This document shows positions 37,194 to 46,550 of a stretch of 64,000 bases of DNA, in pieces. Position numbers and translations under genes: made by a program. Source of the stretch: Candidatus Acidiferrum sp. (GTDB taxonomy: Bacteria; Acidobacteriota; Terriglobia; Acidiferrales; UBA7541). Below the pieces are notes generated by a model, which saw nothing but the letters and a program-made list of their open reading frames with translations, did no database searches and was not told the DNA's origin. Each line of letters starts with the position of its first letter. Positions within the stretch are counted from its first letter, which is position 1. Location of the stretch: positions 31,717-95,716 of the forward strand of contig DASPTW010000042.1 of assembly GCA_035623215.1 (NCBI GenBank), in the 5' to 3' direction.

Positions 37194-38657
37194 ATGTTTC
37201 AGCTTCAGCGTGAACCATTAACGGCAAGGGCCAAGGTGGGCGGAAATCTTGCTGGAATCGTGGTGGCAGCGACGCTTTTGCTGCTCGGCCCCGCGGCGTT
37301 GCGTACGGCAGCACAGGATCGTTCCACAGACGAACTGCACCGGCTGAACCAATCGGTGGATGCATTGATCAAGAAAGTTTCTCCCAGCGTGGTGCAGATT
37401 CTAGTCACCGGCTATGGCCCGCTGGAGGAAGGGGAGCGCGGCAACACTACAACAATTATTGGAAGGCAGCGCGCCATTGGCTCGGGTTTTGTGATCGAAG
37501 AAAGCGGATACATCGTAACGAATGCGCATGTGGTGAACGGCGCCCAGCGCGTGCAGGTGATTTTGCCGAACCCCAACGCGGAGAGCTCTCTCGATGCGGC
37601 GCTATCCACACGAACCAGAATCGTTCCGGCGCGGATTATTGGCGTATCCCGCGAACTCGATCTTGCCGTGATTAAAGTGGAAGCCGGAAAGCTGCCGGCC
37701 CTCGTTCTCGCTAACTACCGCAAACTAGGGCAAGGGGAGATGGTGTTCGCGTTTGGTAGCCCGGAAGGGCTGCGAAATTCCGTCACCATGGGCGTGGTTT
37801 CCGCCGTGGCGCGGCAAACCGATCCAGATTCGCCGATGGTGTACATTCAGACCGACGCCGCCATCAATCCGGGAAACTCAGGCGGCCCGTTGGTCAATGT
37901 CAGCGGCGAAGTGGTCGGCGTAAACACGTTTATCCTCTCCCAGTCGGGTGGCAATGAAGGACTTGGATTCGCGATTCCCAGCGGTGTGGTTGGGGTCGTG
38001 TACAAGCAATTGCGCCAGTTCGGACACTTGCATCGCGCACAAATTGGAATCGGGATTCAGACCATCACGCCAACGCTGGCAGCCGCGCTAAAACTTCCCA
38101 GGGACTATGGCGTTCTGATCTCGGACGTGACGCCGGACAGCCCAGCCGAAGCAGCTGGTCTACAAATCGGCGAAGTGCTGGTTGCCGTAGACGGAAAAGC
38201 AGCCGAAAACGTACCCTTCGTGGCATTTCGATTTTCTTCGGTGGAGGCAGGGGAAAAAGTGCACCTCGATGTGCTTCGCGGCAATGAGCGGCTGACGTTC
38301 GACCTTCCAGCCGCGCAGCCGACGCATGATATGGATCAAGTGGCGGCCCAGGCGGACCCGGAAAAAAATCTAGTACAGACGCTGGGAATTCTCGGCATTG
38401 AAATCGATCAGAAGATCGCGGCGATGGTGCCGGATTTGCGTGACCCCTTTGGAATTTTTGTGGCGGCGCGCGCAACTGGCGCGAGCGTGGAAGTGCCGCT
38501 GCTGGCAGGGGACGTGATTCGAACGCTGAATGGCCAGCCGATGACGACTCTGGATCGATTGCGGGCGGCGCTGAAGGCCTTGCCGCCGGGGGCACCGGTC
38601 GCTTTACAGATTCAGCGGGACCAGAAGCTGCAATTCCTCGCGTTTACTCTCGACTAG
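37194..38657 (+). CDS. HtrA/DegP-like serine protease with PDZ domains
   Basis: GSGF, TNAHVV, DLAVI, QTDAAINPGNSGG; PDZ domains; ATG at 37194 follows GAGGAG. Confidence 0.93.
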   Translation: MFQLQREPLTARAKVGGNLAGIVVAATLLLLGPAALRTAAQDRSTDELHRLNQSVDALIKKVSPSVVQILVTGYGPLEEGERGNTTTIIGRQRAIGSGFVIEESGYIVTNAHVVNGAQRVQVILPNPNAESSLDAALSTRTRIVPARIIGVSRELDLAVIKVEAGKLPALVLANYRKLGQGEMVFAFGSPEGLRNSVTMGVVSAVARQTDPDSPMVYIQTDAAINPGNSGGPLVNVSGEVVGVNTFILSQSGGNEGLGFAIPSGVVGVVYKQLRQFGHLHRAQIGIGIQTITPTLAAALKLPRDYGVLISDVTPDSPAEAAGLQIGEVLVAVDGKAAENVPFVAFRFSSVEAGEKVHLDVLRGNERLTFDLPAAQPTHDMDQVAAQADPEKNLVQTLGILGIEIDQKIAAMVPDLRDPFGIFVAARATGASVEVPLLAGDVIRTLNGQPMTTLDRLRAALKALPPGAPVALQIQRDQKLQFLAFTLD

Positions 38658-38878
38658 CCATAAGCAAGGGTCAGCAAGGGCGCAGCATGCTAAGTGACTG
38701 ATATAATTGGCTTTATCAACAAATGAGGTCGGATTCGGGAATGCCGCCCGAGCCGCAATGTAAATTGTAATAAGATATAATTTTCAGGACAAAGTAATTT
38801 GTGACACAAAGTTACTGTGTCGCATTAGCTACTCGCCAGGACCCTGCTCTAGACTTGCGGATGTTTGCGCTGCTTCGT

Positions 38879-40456
38879 TTAGGCGTAAAGAAGGCCGCTG
38901 TCCGCGCCCAATCCAGAAAGTTCAGTCAGAGTGTTGGTCGGCCCCTGCACCACAAACCTGCGGTGATAGAGATGGAGTGCTCGCAGCCCGGCAAGTTCCT
39001 CGCCGCCGCCGGCTCTTCCCGGCCCGCCGTGCAAACAACTGGGGACCACGTTGCCGTGGCCAGTATGTTGAGCGCCCACCGAGGAATCGACGGCAACAAT
39101 TCGACCGTGCAGGTCGCCGATTCCAAGGATCACTTGTTGAACGAAATTGGAATCGTTGGAGAAAACCGAAGCCACCAGCGAACCGCGGCCGCGGCGCGTC
39201 ATTTCAATAAGATCTTGCGGATTGTCGTACGCGATGACAGTGGCCACCGGACCGAAGACTTCCACGTCGTGAACATTTTTCGCGCCGAGGCCGTTTTGGC
39301 AGGCCAACAGTGTGGGTTGGACGAAGGCGGATTTTTGCGGTTCGGCGTCGACAAGCGGGAATTGTTCGCTGCCGCCAAACACAACGGAGCATTCCGCCTT
39401 GAGTATTGTGAGGCCTTCGAGGCAGGCTGCCTGCTGAGCTTTATTGACGACCGGCCCCACATTTACTTCGGCATTGCGCGCGTTTCCGACCTTCATCGAA
39501 CTTAGCTGAGCGGAAACCGCGTCGCCAAACGCTTTGAGATTTTGCCGGGGAACAAAAATGCGGCGGATGGTCGTACATTTCTGGCCGGCTTTCAAGGTCA
39601 GCTCTTTAACAGCTTCTTTTACGAGCAACCCGAAGAGATCAGAGCCAGGAGCGCAATCCGGCCCAAGAATCGCGGAATTGATGCTGTCGGCTTCGATGTT
39701 GACGCGAACGGAGCGCCGCAGGACGCTCGCATGAGAGCGCACGCGCACCGCCGTGTCCGCCGAGCCGGTGAACGAAACGATGTCTTCTTCGCGAACGTGG
39801 TCGAGAAGATCTCGCGCAGAACCGCAAATCAAAGAGATTGCGCCGGGAGGAAGAAGGTTCGCTTTGACGACGTCCTCCACCATTTTGTGCGCCAGCCAGG
39901 CAGTAGGAGAGGCCGGCTTCACCAACACGGGAACTCCGGACAGCAATGCGGGCGCCGCTTTTTCGCAAAAGCCCCAGGCAGGAAAATTAAATGCGTTGAT
40001 AAAGACGGCGACGCCTTTAGCCGGAACTAGGAAGTGCTGCCCGCTGAAAACTCCAGTCTTCGAAAGTGGGAGGACCGCGCCTTCTTTCAGCATTTTTCCT
40101 TCGGCCAGGGTGCGCCCGATTTTTGCGTAATACTTCATGGTGTAAATCGCGCCGTCGACATCGAAGGAAGCGTCCGCCTTGGTGGCGCCAAGATTGAGAA
40201 GAGAAATCCGAAAATATTCGTCGCGATTGGCGGAAAGGACTTCGCCAATCCTGGCGAGCAAATCCGCGCGTTGCGCGTAAGTGAGCTGACGCAATGCCGG
40301 GCCACCCTGGGAACGAGCGAATTCGAGAGCAGCGTTGAGATCGAGGCCCCGGGATGAAATGCGCGCGAGTTCGTCGCCCGTCACAGGATCGACGAGCGAC
40401 TCTCCGGGGCCCGCGCCTTCCACCCATTTGCCGGACACATAATTAGGAAGCTTCAT
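38879..40456 (-). CDS. boxD: 3,4-dehydroadipyl-CoA semialdehyde dehydrogenase (PaaZ-N-like ALDH)
   Basis: INAFNFP, FTGSA, EADSIN, KAGQKCT, HDVEVFGP, HGGPGRAGGGEEL; no MaoC tail; divergent from boxR. Confidence 0.88.
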   Translation of the reverse strand: MKLPNYVSGKWVEGAGPGESLVDPVTGDELARISSRGLDLNAALEFARSQGGPALRQLTYAQRADLLARIGEVLSANRDEYFRISLLNLGATKADASFDVDGAIYTMKYYAKIGRTLAEGKMLKEGAVLPLSKTGVFSGQHFLVPAKGVAVFINAFNFPAWGFCEKAAPALLSGVPVLVKPASPTAWLAHKMVEDVVKANLLPPGAISLICGSARDLLDHVREEDIVSFTGSADTAVRVRSHASVLRRSVRVNIEADSINSAILGPDCAPGSDLFGLLVKEAVKELTLKAGQKCTTIRRIFVPRQNLKAFGDAVSAQLSSMKVGNARNAEVNVGPVVNKAQQAACLEGLTILKAECSVVFGGSEQFPLVDAEPQKSAFVQPTLLACQNGLGAKNVHDVEVFGPVATVIAYDNPQDLIEMTRRGRGSLVASVFSNDSNFVQQVILGIGDLHGRIVAVDSSVGAQHTGHGNVVPSCLHGGPGRAGGGEELAGLRALHLYHRRFVVQGPTNTLTELSGLGADSGLLYA

Positions 40457-40534
40457 TTGGAGGTTCTCCATTGGTGGCTGAAACAAGAGCTCTAACTGCT
40501 AGAATAGCTAACAGGTCAGAGGCCTGCCGAAACA

Positions 40535-40725
40535 GGCATTATAATGCATGTTTGTACGAACAAAATCCAGTGATTTTTGACGCCAGTCAATGCAGAAGCC
40601 TTGGCCATTTCCTTGAAAGCTGAACATTTAGACTGCTGGACTGTTAGTGAACGTGCGACAAGATGGATTGCATTAAAATGCCATTTCTCACTTGACTGGA
40701 CTAGGTCAATTTGTACTATACTGCA
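40535..40725. promoter_or_regulatory. three TGCA-N6-TGCA-like boxes (putative BoxR operators) and a sigma70-like promoter
   Basis: GGCA-TTATAA-TGCA 40535-40548; TGCA-TTAAAA-TGCC 40669-40682; TGTA-CTATAC-TGCA 40712-40725; TTGACT at 40692 with TACTAT at 40714. Confidence 0.7.
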
Positions 40726-40827
40726 GACTCCTAGTATATCAGTAGGAGCGCTCCCGCGAGCACGCAATCTAGAGTTTCGACCTTAGCCGGAACAGCTCCG
40801 TCAACCGATGAGGAGTTTCTGGCGTTT

Positions 40828-41655
40828 TTGGGGAAACGCGTGCGCGAACTGCGCAATCGCCGGGGCATGACGCGCAAAATGGTTTCTCGCGAAGCAGACG
40901 TTTCCGAGCGGCATTTGGCACAAGTGGAAGCCGGCGAAGGAAATATTTCTGTGGTGCTGCTGCAAAGGATCGCCGGCGCACTGAACGTGCCGCTGGCGAG
41001 TTTTTTTGCGCCGCAAAGCGAAGAACCCGCCGAAAAACGATTGATCCAAAGATTTTTGGAACGTCTGCCGAGCCACCGGCTGGAAGACGTCGTCTTCCGC
41101 CTGATGCGCGATTTCGGGCACGAAGAAAAAATGCGAAGGTTGCGCATCGCGCTGATCGGACTGCGCGGAGCCGGTAAGTCTACGCTGGGAGCAAAACTCG
41201 CCGCGGAGATGAAAGTTCCCTTTGTGGAGCTGGACAACGAAATCGAAAAAGACACGGGAATGCCACTCGACGAAATCTTTTCGATGTACGGGCAGTCCGG
41301 CTACCGCGCGATCGAACGGCGAACGCTCGAGAGAGTATTAAGGGAACAAGAGCACTCCGTGATTTCCGTCGGCGGCGGCGTGGTTTCCGAAAAAGAGACC
41401 TACGATTCGCTCCTATCGCACTGCTACACCGTGTGGATCAAAGCACAGCCGGAAGAGCACATGGCGCGCGTCATCGCTCAGGGGGATTTTCGAGCGATGG
41501 CGGGCAACGATCAGGCCATGGAAGACTTGCGACGAATTCTGGAAGCCCGCGAGCCGCTGTATAAGAAAGCGGATTTGTGGCTGGACACTTCCGGAAGCAC
41601 TGTTGAAGAAAGCCTGGCGAAACTCAAAGCAGAATTGCAAACACATTTGCAGTAG
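40828..41655 (+). CDS. boxR: BzdR/BoxR-family regulator (XRE HTH plus shikimate-kinase-like domain)
   Basis: LGKRVRELR..RGMTRK…VSERHLAQVEAGEGN; IALIGLRGAGKST; PEEHMARV.AQGD.R. Confidence 0.92.
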   Translation: MGKRVRELRNRRGMTRKMVSREADVSERHLAQVEAGEGNISVVLLQRIAGALNVPLASFFAPQSEEPAEKRLIQRFLERLPSHRLEDVVFRLMRDFGHEEKMRRLRIALIGLRGAGKSTLGAKLAAEMKVPFVELDNEIEKDTGMPLDEIFSMYGQSGYRAIERRTLERVLREQEHSVISVGGGVVSEKETYDSLLSHCYTVWIKAQPEEHMARVIAQGDFRAMAGNDQAMEDLRRILEAREPLYKKADLWLDTSGSTVEESLAKLKAELQTHLQ

Positions 41656-41664
41656 GAGGAATTC

Positions 41665-43347
41665 GTGGACGTAGCCGTTTCTCAAGAGCTGCAGCCGAAA
41701 ATGGCCGCAGTGAATTTCCAGATCGATCCAGTGCAGTACAAACATTGGCGCCTTTCGTTCGATGCGCCCGTCGCCACGCTGACGATGGACGTGGCGGAAG
41801 ATGCCGGCATCCGCCCGGGGTACAAACTCAAGCTGAATTCTTACGATTTGGGCGTCGACATCGAATTGCACGACGCGCTGCAGCGCATTCGGTTTGAACA
41901 TCCGGAGATTCGCACAGTGGTCATCACCAGCGCGAAAAACCGGATTTTTTGTTCCGGGGCGAACATTTATATGTTGGGGCTTTCCTCGCACGCGTGGAAA
42001 GTGAATTTCTGCCGCTTCACGAATGAAACGCGCAACGGCATCGAAGATTCGAGCGCGCACTCCGGGCTGAAATTCTTGGCAGCTTGCAATGGAACGACGG
42101 CCGGCGGCGGCTACGAATTAGCGCTGTCGTGTGACGAGATTGTGCTGGTGGACGATCGCTCTTCCGCGGTGAGCTTGCCAGAACTTCCCCTGCTGGGCGT
42201 GCTCCCGGGAACGGGCGGGCTGACGCGCGTAACGGACAAGCGGAAGGTTCGCAAAGATCATGCCGATATTTTCTGCACGAATCAGGATGGCGTGCGCGGA
42301 CAGCGCGCGAAAGACTGGCGGCTGGTGGATGAGATCGTCAAGCCACAGCAGTTTGCCGAGCACATCAAGCAGCGCGCGCTGAAACTGGCGGAACAAAGCG
42401 ACCGGCCGAAGGATGCGAAGGGAATCAAGCTGACGCCGCTCAAGAAAGTTACGGATGAAGACGGCCTCCACTACGAATATGTGGACGTGCAATGGAACCG
42501 CGCAGCGCGCACGGCGACGATTACGGTTCGCGCGCCAGAGACCGCTACAGAGCAAACGGTAGAAAAAGCGCTGGCGGCTGGCCCCAATTGGTGGCCGCTC
42601 CAAATGGCGAGAGAACTGGATGACGCCATCCTCAGTTTGCGCACGAATGAACTCGAATTGGGGCTGTGGATCCTGAAAACGACCGGCAACGCCGAAGCCG
42701 CGCTTGCGATCGACAAATTCCTGCTGAGCCATCAAAACAATTGGTTCGTTCGCGAAGTGCTGGGAATGATGCGGCGCACCTTCGCGCGGCTGGAAGTTAC
42801 TTCGCGTTCGATGTACGCGATTGCGGAGTCTGGGTCGTGCTTCGCCGGAACGTTGCTGGAACTGGCGCTGGCGGCGGACCGCGTCTACATGCGGGATACG
42901 GAGGAAGGCGCAAACGCCGAAACGATGACGCTTTCGGAGATGAACTTCGGCGCATTGCCGATGGTGAATCATCTCCCACGTCTGGCGGCACGTTACTACA
43001 AAGATACTACGCAGATCGAGGCTCTTTACGCGCAAATCGGCAAAAAACTGACGGCCCGGGAGGCTCTGGAAGCAGGGTTGGTCACCGCGGCGCCCGATGA
43101 TCTGGATTGGGAAGATGAAATTCGCCAGGCGATTGAGTCGCGCGCCGCGCAATCGCCGGATGCGCTGACGGGTCTTGAAGCAAATCTGCGCTTCGGCCCG
43201 GCCGAAACGCAAGAGACGCGAACGTTTGGGCGGCTCTCAGCTTGGCAAAATTGGATTTTCAACCGGCCAAACGCGGTTGGTCAAAGCGGCGCGCTGAAAG
43301 TTTACGGCACGGGCGCGCCGGTGAAGTTCGATTGGGAAAGAGTTTAG
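41665..43347 (+). CDS. boxC: 2,3-epoxybenzoyl-CoA dihydrolase
   Basis: KLKLNSYDLGVDIELHDA, FCSGANI, AGGGYELAL, RLSAWQNWIF.RPNA…FDWERV. Confidence 0.95.
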   Translation: MDVAVSQELQPKMAAVNFQIDPVQYKHWRLSFDAPVATLTMDVAEDAGIRPGYKLKLNSYDLGVDIELHDALQRIRFEHPEIRTVVITSAKNRIFCSGANIYMLGLSSHAWKVNFCRFTNETRNGIEDSSAHSGLKFLAACNGTTAGGGYELALSCDEIVLVDDRSSAVSLPELPLLGVLPGTGGLTRVTDKRKVRKDHADIFCTNQDGVRGQRAKDWRLVDEIVKPQQFAEHIKQRALKLAEQSDRPKDAKGIKLTPLKKVTDEDGLHYEYVDVQWNRAARTATITVRAPETATEQTVEKALAAGPNWWPLQMARELDDAILSLRTNELELGLWILKTTGNAEAALAIDKFLLSHQNNWFVREVLGMMRRTFARLEVTSRSMYAIAESGSCFAGTLLELALAADRVYMRDTEEGANAETMTLSEMNFGALPMVNHLPRLAARYYKDTTQIEALYAQIGKKLTAREALEAGLVTAAPDDLDWEDEIRQAIESRAAQSPDALTGLEANLRFGPAETQETRTFGRLSAWQNWIFNRPNAVGQSGALKVYGTGAPVKFDWERV

Positions 43348-43384
43348 AAGCCGGGTTTCGAGTTGGTCCTGCTGAGGAGCGGCA

Positions 43385-44809
43385 ATGATTAATTACACGG
43401 AAAAAATTCCGAACAACATCGATCTCGGGAGAGACCGCGTGCTTCAGCGCGCGCTGGAACACTGGCAGCCCGCGTTTCTGGGCTGGTGGTTCGACATGGG
43501 GCCGACCGAAAGCCGCACCCACGATGTGTATTTGCGGACGGCAGTCAGCGTTGAGCCGGATGGCTGGGCGCAATTTGGTTACGTGAAGATGCCGGAGTAC
43601 CGCTGGGGAATTTTCTTGCAGCCGCGCGATGAGCAGCGACAAGTAAATTTTGGAACGCACAAAGGGCAGCCGGCATGGCAAGAGGTGCCCGGCGAGTACC
43701 GTTCGATTCTGCGGAGAATCATCGTGACGCAAGGGGATACGGAACCGGCTTCCGTGGAACAGCAAAAAATGCTGGGTCTTTCGTGCCCGTCTTTGTACGA
43801 TCTGCGAAACATTTTTCAGGTGAACGTGGAAGAAGGGCGGCATTTGTGGGCCATGGTCTACTTGCTGCACCGCTATTTCGGCCGCGATGGCCGCGAAGAA
43901 GCGGAAGCTTTGCTCGAGCGGCGTTCGGGCGACACCGACAATCCGCGTATTCTGGGAGCATTCAACGAGCCGACGCCAGACTGGCTGGCGTTTTATATGT
44001 TCACGTTTTTTACCGACCGCGACGGAAAATTCCAGCTTTGCGCGCTTGCGGAGTCCGGCTTCGATCCTTTGGCCCGCACCTGCCGATTCATGCTCACCGA
44101 AGAAGCGCATCACATGTTTGTTGGCGAAACGGGCGTGAGCCGCATCATTCAGCGCACCTGCGAAGTGATGAAAGAGAACAAGGTGGATGATCCCACTGAT
44201 GTGCGAGCGCTGGGCGTGATCGATTTGCAGACCATCCAGAAATACTTGAACTTCCATTACAGCGTGACGCTCGATCTTTATGGTTCGGACGTTTCCTCGA
44301 ACGCCGCGAATTATTTCACCAGCGGGCTGAAGGGGCGCTTCGAAGAAACAAAGCTCAATGACGATCATCAACTGGCGGAAGCCGCTTATCCGGTTTCGGA
44401 AGTGGTGGGCGACAAAATTGTCACCAAGAATGTGCCGGCACTGACCGCGCTGAATGAACGGCTGCGCGACGACTATATCCGCGAGATCGAATCGGGAATA
44501 AGCCGCTGGCAGCGCGTGATTGACAAGGCGGGAATTCCTTTCCGGTTGACGCTGCCTCACAAGGGCTTTCACCGGGCGATCGGCAATTTCGCGGGACATT
44601 TCATTAGCGTTGACGGGCAAGTGCTCACCGAAGAAGCGTGGAAGAACCACGAATCGGAATGGCTGCCGAGCCCGAAAGATCATGCCTTCGTGCAGTCGCT
44701 GATGAGCGGCCGCGTGACGGAACCGGGGAAATTCGCAAACTGGATTGCGCCGCCGGCGCGTGGGATCAACAACCAGCCGCTGAATTTCGAATACGTTCGC
44801 TTTAATTGA
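43385..44809 (+). CDS. boxB: benzoyl-CoA 2,3-epoxidase diiron subunit
   Basis: QGDTEPASVEQQ, NVEEGRHLW, TDRDGK, LTEEAHHM, WIAPP.RGIN. Confidence 0.95.
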   Translation: MINYTEKIPNNIDLGRDRVLQRALEHWQPAFLGWWFDMGPTESRTHDVYLRTAVSVEPDGWAQFGYVKMPEYRWGIFLQPRDEQRQVNFGTHKGQPAWQEVPGEYRSILRRIIVTQGDTEPASVEQQKMLGLSCPSLYDLRNIFQVNVEEGRHLWAMVYLLHRYFGRDGREEAEALLERRSGDTDNPRILGAFNEPTPDWLAFYMFTFFTDRDGKFQLCALAESGFDPLARTCRFMLTEEAHHMFVGETGVSRIIQRTCEVMKENKVDDPTDVRALGVIDLQTIQKYLNFHYSVTLDLYGSDVSSNAANYFTSGLKGRFEETKLNDDHQLAEAAYPVSEVVGDKIVTKNVPALTALNERLRDDYIREIESGISRWQRVIDKAGIPFRLTLPHKGFHRAIGNFAGHFISVDGQVLTEEAWKNHESEWLPSPKDHAFVQSLMSGRVTEPGKFANWIAPPARGINNQPLNFEYVRFN

Positions 44810-44942
44810 GCGAGCGCAGCACTGTAGCGGCAGCTTTCAGAAACGGGCGTTTGTGTTTGTTCAGCAGCCTGTTAGTTGCGAAAGAGAGCTAGGCGAAAGC
44901 GGCTCGCATTGGTTGTGGTCAAATTCAAATGGGATTCAAAGG

Positions 44943-45266
44943 ATGCCCAGAGTTACTTACATTTCGGCGAAGGGCGACGTGCGGGAGATTGACGTGGCGG
45001 TGGGCACGACGGTGATGTCCGCCGCGCTTAAGAATGGGATTGACGGGATCGTCGCGGAATGCGGCGGCGTGTGCATGTGTTCGACGTGCCACGTTTTCGT
45101 TGACGAAAAATTTTACGACCGGCTTCCTCCAGCGAATGACACGGAGGAAGCGGTACTCGAAATTGCCGCCGTGGAGCGGCAGGCGACGAGCCGGCTGAGT
45201 TGTCAGATCAAAGTCACCGAAGAGATGGACGGATTGATCGTGCGTTTGCCTGAGAAACAACGCTGA
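44943..45266 (+). CDS. [2Fe-2S] ferredoxin (adrenodoxin/putidaredoxin type)
   Basis: ECGGVCMCSTCHV…SRLSCQI. Confidence 0.93.
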   Translation: MPRVTYISAKGDVREIDVAVGTTVMSAALKNGIDGIVAECGGVCMCSTCHVFVDEKFYDRLPPANDTEEAVLEIAAVERQATSRLSCQIKVTEEMDGLIVRLPEKQR

Positions 45267-46507
45267 TGAGCGCCGGAACGGTCATTGTTGGAACGGGCCA
45301 GGCCGGATTTCAAACAGCCGCAAGCTTGCGCGCGGAAAGCTACGCAGAACCCATCACGCTGATCGGAGAAGAGCGGCAAATTCCTTATCAGCGGCCGCCC
45401 TTGTCGAAAGGATTCGCTCTCGGCCAGCAGGATTTTGAGAGCGTCGAACTGCGTCCGGAAAAATTTTATCAAGACCATCGCATCAACCTCATCACCGGGT
45501 CGCGCGTTACTGCAATCGACAGGGCTGCGCGAGGAGTGAAGCTCGAATCCGGAAAAAAGTTTTCGTATGAAAAACTGGTTATCGCTGTCGGGAGCCGCAA
45601 TCGGAAGTTGGCCCTGAAAGGAGCGAATCTCGATGGAATCGCTTATCTCCGGTCCGTCCAGGAGGCGGCTGTCATCCGAGATCGCCTGAAAAATGCAAAC
45701 GCGGTGGTGGTGATTGGCGGGGGTTTCATTGGACTGGAACTGGCCGCAGTGGCGCGCACGATGGGAAAGAGCGTGAGGGTAGTGGAAGCGCTCCCTCGCT
45801 TGATGTCGCGCGCGGTGCCTCCGATGATCTCCGAGTTTTTTCGCCAGGTGCATGTGGGCAAGGGGATCCAAGTGATTTGCAATGCGACCGTGTCTGCGAT
45901 TGAGGGCTCGGACGGAAGCGCGCGGAGTGTGGTGCTCAGTGACGGTTCGAGATGCGGGGCTGATTTGATCATCGTCGGCGTTGGCGTGGTTCCCAACGTT
46001 GAGCTTGCGCAGGGCGCGGGACTTCCCGTTGGGAATGGAATTGCGATTGATGAATACCTGCAGACCGGCGATGAAAATATTTTTGCGATTGGTGATTGCG
46101 CGGAATTTCCGTGCACGTTTGCGGGGGCGCGAATTCGGCTGGAGTCGGTGCAAAACGCCGCGGATCAGGCTCAGTGCGTGGCTGCTACGATTGCAGGGCG
46201 GCGCAGCGCTTACAAAGCGTTGCCCTGGTTTTGGACGGATCAATTTGAAGTGAAGTTGCAGATGGCCGGGATTTCCCATGGGCACGACCGCACAGTTACT
46301 CGCGGGAGCGCAGAATCTGGGAAATTGTCGATTTTTTATTTCAAAGGCGAGCGGCTCATTGCCATCGATTCGATCAATCGCCCGCTCGACCACATGATGG
46401 GGCGCAAGCTTATGTCGGCGCATCTTCCATTGACACGGGAACAGGCTGCGGATGAGAGTTTCGACCTGAAACATCTCGCGCATGCTGTGGGCGCAGCGCA
46501 TCATTGA
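45266..46507 (+). CDS. NAD(P)H:ferredoxin reductase (putidaredoxin-reductase-like)
   Basis: GTGQAG, PYQRPPLSK, GGGFIGLE, AIGDCA, RLESVQNA, PWFWTDQ; start overlaps the ferredoxin stop. Confidence 0.93.
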   Translation: MSAGTVIVGTGQAGFQTAASLRAESYAEPITLIGEERQIPYQRPPLSKGFALGQQDFESVELRPEKFYQDHRINLITGSRVTAIDRAARGVKLESGKKFSYEKLVIAVGSRNRKLALKGANLDGIAYLRSVQEAAVIRDRLKNANAVVVIGGGFIGLELAAVARTMGKSVRVVEALPRLMSRAVPPMISEFFRQVHVGKGIQVICNATVSAIEGSDGSARSVVLSDGSRCGADLIIVGVGVVPNVELAQGAGLPVGNGIAIDEYLQTGDENIFAIGDCAEFPCTFAGARIRLESVQNAADQAQCVAATIAGRRSAYKALPWFWTDQFEVKLQMAGISHGHDRTVTRGSAESGKLSIFYFKGERLIAIDSINRPLDHMMGRKLMSAHLPLTREQAADESFDLKHLAHAVGAAHH

Positions 46508-46550
46508 GTTTCGCAAGCGAGCGGTAACAAATTTAGGGGGATGAAGCAGA

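Noticed and set aside
40692-40709. FNR/CRP box (TTGAC…GTCAA)
   Set aside because: The spacer is 8 nt, not the 4 nt of TTGAT-N4-ATCAA
43259-44683. 474-aa minus-strand ORF
   Set aside because: Antisense shadow of boxB
44810-44880. IS/MITE end remnant (TTCAGCAGCCTGTTAG) marking a boxA replacement
   Set aside because: No matching opposite end or transposase; too degenerate to support
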